Shown piece by piece: positions 59,121-64,000 of a stretch of 64,000 bases of DNA; position 1 is the stretch's first letter; every line of letters starts with the position of its first letter. The position numbers and the translations under genes are program-made. The DNA is from Iphione sp. A-MEVVRFRX5 (Eukaryota), in assembly GCA_976226885.1 (NCBI GenBank), contig OZ320316.1:43648001-43712000 (forward strand), given 5' to 3'. The notes beneath the pieces are model-generated. The model was not told the DNA's origin. It made no database searches and saw only the letters and a list, made by a program, of their open reading frames with translations.

Positions 59121-61674
59121 AGATGGACTTGGTATGAACCAAAGAACGTGCCCATCTACAGCACAAGGAAGGCCCGAAGAGGACATCTCCAAGAAAATTA
59201 GAAAGCAAATGGCCACTTAACAATTCCTCCGAGACGCTGTGATGAAAGACTTGCCTTGGGGTGATCAATGGTGGGTTCAGGCCAATACACAAGCCATCTA
59301 CCCCAGGAAATCAGCTGAAGTCAAATTCTGTGAGAGTTATGACGATAGATGAATGCAGGCCGCAAGTCCATGATTCGGCCAACAGGAAAAGGAGTCACGC
59401 ACAGTGTACATGTACCCCCAAATATATCACAACAGAATAACCAATGGAGGTAGAAGATACAGTAGAAGTCATTGATTCTTCCCCAACCAACAAGAAGTCA
59501 AGGAAAGATGCAGGAGACCCATATGCAAATGATCCAAATCAAACAACATCTTGGAATGGGACTAACCAGGAAATCCAGTGGGATTAGTAGAACATGCCTA
59601 CAGCAAGCAACCACAGTCACAATAGGAGAAAACACTGAAGAGAGCCCTGACAAAAGCTGAAAGAAGGGAGGTAAATATAAAACTGTACTAGTAACATTTC
59701 TTCCTAAGTATATCAATTGAAAATACTACACTTTCATCTTAATGTTGCCACAGTGGTATAAAATATAAAATACACTTGTAACGAACCAACTTATAGAATT
59801 ATATTATAAATGATGTGTAACTATGTTCCAGCAACAAAGGCATGAGAGCGCAGTCGTCTTGGACGGTGACATGATAAAGGATAACACCCAGATGGTCAAG
59901 AGGAAGTAGTAAGTAAAACCAAACATTAAAAAGTGTGCCAAAAACAGATGATCAGAAGAATTCATTGCAGGTAAATTATTTGGGTATAATCTGACAAAAC
60001 ATCAAATTTTCTTTCAGCAGGTACCGGTTACCCAATATAGCAGAGTGGGGGCCTCCCGTTTGCTATGTTTAATGCGCAAGAAGCAGCTGTTCGATGGAAT
60101 GTTGAAGATATCTGGAACTCCGGATGCACATTCAATATTAATCCTAAATTCTAAACAGTGTGCCTCATATAGAAAGACTTACATACATAAAATAGCATAT
60201 ATTTAAATTTGCAGAACTGCACATAATGACTCAAAAGTCGGAAACAATTTACAGTAATCTTCTGCCAATATTTTAAAGAAAATACTGGCAATCATATTAC
60301 ATGAATGACAAAACCAGTATACTGTTCTGGGACGGAGGCAAATATGAGTTCAGGTCTCAGGAATCCTGAATGAGGCCGCAAGGTGTCTAAGGTGTGTAGG
60401 CTGTATACATGGGTGAGGAACACCTCATGACAGAGTTTGCGTGGTCGCACCGGGGTTCTACACTGGAGTACCACGTGCAAATCAACAAACTTTTAGAAAT
60501 ACTTCAAAGATCTAATATGTAAGAATTCGGTGAGAATTTTAGATAATAGAAAGGAACATACACCACAAGAAACCCTAATCTGTCAGCTTTAATTTGATGC
60601 ATAACATGTATATACTATGCATGCATTAGGTATGAGGGAAATTAAGTGAAAGGAGCTACCCTCCCCTCTCTACATATCCTCTGTTCATAATCATACTGCT
60701 TGTTTTATAATGTAAGCCTAATATAGATCATGAAAAGAATTTGTGAATGCTACCAATAAATTTGTGAAGTTTTATAATAAAGGATTTTTTAAAAAAATCT
60801 ATCATGTTGCTACAATTTATACCTGGTAGTAAGTTTTCTATATTGTTCCTATAGGACAATATTTCACCTTTCATAATTCAACAACCAGTTGTGCAATTCT
60901 AAAAATTCAAAAAGCAAAATAAAGGAGAGTGTGTCCTATATCTATTAGATACAATGTTAATGTCAGAAAAGATTTTAAAAATGGTATCACGTTGCTCTGA
61001 CAAGACTGCTTTTTGCTCCTAGGGACCGCTATTTTTCATGGCGGTAAGACTTTAGCGCCATCTTGTGAAAGAGAGTAAAAGTACCGTTCATTATTTTGGT
61101 AAATACTGAATAACTATATTTTATTTTGTGCTGAATAAGTAAATCCCAATATATCTAATTACAAAATTATTTTTGATATTATAAAATAAATCCGTTGTGT
61201 ATTTTCATCATCTTATACAATTAATTACTAAACTAAACGTAGTCCGGTCACCGTCAAGGCTACCGGGAAAGGTTAGTGTGATTTGTTTTAGAGAGCTCTG
61301 AAAGTCTTATTATTCACAGATATATCTTGTCAGAGTGAAACTGTTTGCGATCAGCTATGTTCTTGGTGAAGATAATTACATAACTTGAAGGACGTTTTGC
61401 CACTGCATTGCGAAAAAGAACCACACTATGTGACCTTCGTCTTCTGACATGTTCAAAAAGCGAGCTGGCCCTTGCCGTCCTTCAACTAACCAAGCACATA
61501 AATGTTTGCTAGACGGATTGTGTAGATGGGTTGATGTATGCATTGTCGGTTTTCATTCTAATAAAAATATGGCACATAAAGTTTAGGGATCCCCTCGTTT
61601 TGAACCCATGCAGCCACCACTGAGAGTCACATTGTGTGGGGAGTTCTACCTCTCTGACGTAGACATGATTTGGC

Positions 61675-62336
61675 GTCGTTTCGCCCTCAAACCAGTTCGT
61701 CCTCAGGTTGTTTCGCCCTCACTAATTTGTTTTTAAATTATATTTACTGGGCAGCTGCTAGCCGATTCTACGAGGAAAATTGCTACAAGTGAGGCAGAAT
61801 CGCAATGTGTGTGCGCCTTTAAATGTACACACTTGCCATATAGCTGAGCTTATTCATTGGATAATTACACTACACATATAAAACGTTGCCAGAAAGTAGT
61901 CCGGCCATGGAGGCTGACATAGGTGGCCCTACTTTCTACACCCAGTGGAGTATTCCTACCCCTCTCTGTGCAGCCAAGCAGAACCGAGGGTTGTAAAAGG
62001 CCAGATGAGTCTGTACTTTGACCCCCCTCCTTCCAGTCTCTGACATCCCCCCCCCCCACACACACACACACACTCTCTCTCACCAACCAGTGCAGGCGCT
62101 GAAGGCACTTGTTACCTTTAACATGGTGGTTGTTGCATGCAAATCGGTGCATTAGTCAAGATCTTGTAATAAAAGGGTTGTGCGTATTTAAAAAAAAAGG
62201 ATTTGAGGAAGATTTATCATAGTGGGATTAAACACCATTTAAGGACTTGTCTTTATGGATGAGGGCGAAACGTCTTGAGGGCGAACTGGTTTGAGGGCGG
62301 ACTGGCAAGGTCGAACTGGTTTGAGGGCGAAATGTC
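61675..62336. mobile_element. Non-autonomous foldback/MITE-like element with TTTCGCCCTCA modular inverted ends
   Basis: 61675-61722 (GTCGTTTCGCCCTCAAACCAGTTCG...) is an inverted match to 62260-62336 (...CGAACTGGTTTGAGGGCGAAATGTC). The ends are built from repeated TGAGGGCGAA modules. Confidence 0.65.
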
Positions 62337-63050
62337 AATATTTGTATATTCTAACAGGATGTTTCATTGGTTTTGGAAAATCAAAATGGCAACCACTTGA
62401 CGACTCAATTCACAAGTTTTGGAGGATAATACAATTAATGTACAGACTGAAAATTCTTATACAGACTACTAACACATGAATAAAATAGTTATAAACGAAC
62501 TCTGGTCATATGATTCATATTTATTGTCTCTGAAATCCAATGTAGCATCTTTTAATGTCAACAAGACGTAAGAAGGTCACCTGACCTAAATACGACTTCA
62601 TGCACTTCATTCAACTTTTAAAAATGCATATCCTAACCTATTGACACCCAACACCCCTCTTCTGACATAAGAATGTTTTGCTCCATTCTACCAAAGAGCC
62701 TACTTAGACGCTCTTTAATTCTACTTTACCACTCCTGCTGCAAATTACTATGCAGACCTTATCACCATCTCTACTGACTGTTACCTACACCAAGAGAAAA
62801 TAGTACCCAGTCTTTTAATTTTTTTTCTCTTTGATCAATTAAAGTAATTTAAAGCTAGGGCCGGAAATGACTTTCCCCAACACACTTACACCTTAAAAAA
62901 ATAGTGCAGTGATTACAAATGTATTTTTCATAGTGGTTGAATTCATAGTGGCTTCCCCTACCCCACCATATATCCATACTATTTCATTCAAAATCCAAAA
63001 GGGGGGGGGGGGTTCGAACAAGCAATTTTACCTTAGGGTTAGGGCGAAGT

Positions 63051-63162
63051 GGTTAAGCACGTTTTCTTGGTTTAGTAGGTTTAAAGCCCTCTGCCTCGGG
63101 CCTATCAGCCCTGAACATCGGGCTTTAAATCTACGGACCAAACCAAGAAAACATACTTAACC
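63051..63162. repeat. 112-bp imperfect palindrome (miniature foldback element)
   Basis: GGTTAAGCACGTTTTCTTGGTTT..GTAGGTTTAAAGCCC pairs with GGGCTTTAAATCTAC..AAACCAAGAAAACATACTTAACC. Confidence 0.8.
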
Positions 63163-64000
63163 GCCGTTCTGACAATGAGAATAATTATCTGGACTAATTT
63201 ATTGTCTTAGACATGAAAAAAAGAATATCCTAATAAATACGAAAATACCACAGGTCTTTGGTGTGTAGCAGTTAAGTGTCTAATATAGCTGTGGTGTGAT
63301 CTAAAGAACACTTTAAGAAAACATGACCGTATTAAGTTTAAAATAAATCAAATATATACAGCTAACTGTCAATTTTACAATTTTTCTATTTTGGAACGTT
63401 TTGGGGTCCTGAGACTCATGCCCCATTTGAGTCAACTGCATCTTATAGGGAACATCATGACACAAGTGTTAGAACAAGGGTTAGGTTTAGGGTTAGCTAT
63501 ACATTCCATACATATACATGTACATATACAATCACAGAGCTCCCTCCCTGACATTCCCAGGGGTCAAGGTCGTGCTGAAAGTAGTTCAGTCGGGACTGGT
63601 GAACTAGAATTTTACAGAATGTTTACTTTTTGTGGGGGAAGACCCTCCTTCCCCTCCCCTTCTGACTTTAGAATCTTTACTTGAATATCAAAGGTGGGCC
63701 TTAAACTTCAGTCTTCCCAAAATACGTAGGGCTTGCACAAAGTTGTTACCTCTTGTCACGTGTGTAGGCCTACAGCAGTGCGCATTATAGTAATCCTAAA
63801 GTTGGTGCGTTACAAACGCTGCCATGAGTGGCCCTTAGGGCTGTGCCCATTTCATGTGACAATCATGTAGTTACCCACGGCAAATGCCCTTTCACCCACG
63901 GCAAATGCCCTTTCAAAGTCAGGCTAATATGTCCTTGAGTCTATAATATAATTGGCTTTTCATTATCGAAGTGGTTAGGTGTGTTTTCTTGATGTAGAAA

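Noticed and set aside
59500-59670. Death-domain-like TLKRALTKAERRE
   Set aside because: The spacing is too short for a death domain, and the frame has stops.
57905-62336. CRISPR-like interpretation of the 53-bp repeats or the GAGGGCGAA modules
   Set aside because: No constant repeat with unique spacers, no cas genes, and a eukaryotic context.
63033-63500. TTAGGG-like repeats as an interstitial telomere
   Set aside because: Only 2-3 imperfect units at each of two spots; common inside MITEs and by chance.

Overview
AT-rich eukaryotic genomic DNA, most likely from an invertebrate animal (inferred from GT-AG introns, CCAAT/TATA promoters and the transposon families present). It contains one 134-N gap. 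I found no intact host gene, tRNA, rRNA or CRISPR array; the window is mostly transposable elements and their relics. All alignments and translations were done by eye. Main elements: (1) A ~7.3-kb PIF/Harbinger-type element (424-7763, imperfect 19-bp TIRs). It carries a truncated transposase, a spliced Myb/SANT-like gene and one or two further spliced genes of unknown function. The last exon of one plus-strand gene lies inside the transposase intron on the opposite strand, and TCGTAA/TTACGA is strongly enriched across the element. (2) An intact pogo/Tigger transposon (37319-39598). (3) An intact APE-RT LINE ORF2 (47705-50437), preceded 1.4 kb upstream by an intact, apparently spliced SGNH-esterase-like ORF and followed by a (GAATT)5 tail. 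(4) A minimal hammerhead-ribozyme motif, an A..B-A-B split direct repeat, and a promoter with seven CCAAT boxes. (5) Several MITE families and decayed LINE, Tc1, Gypsy and Crypton-like fragments.
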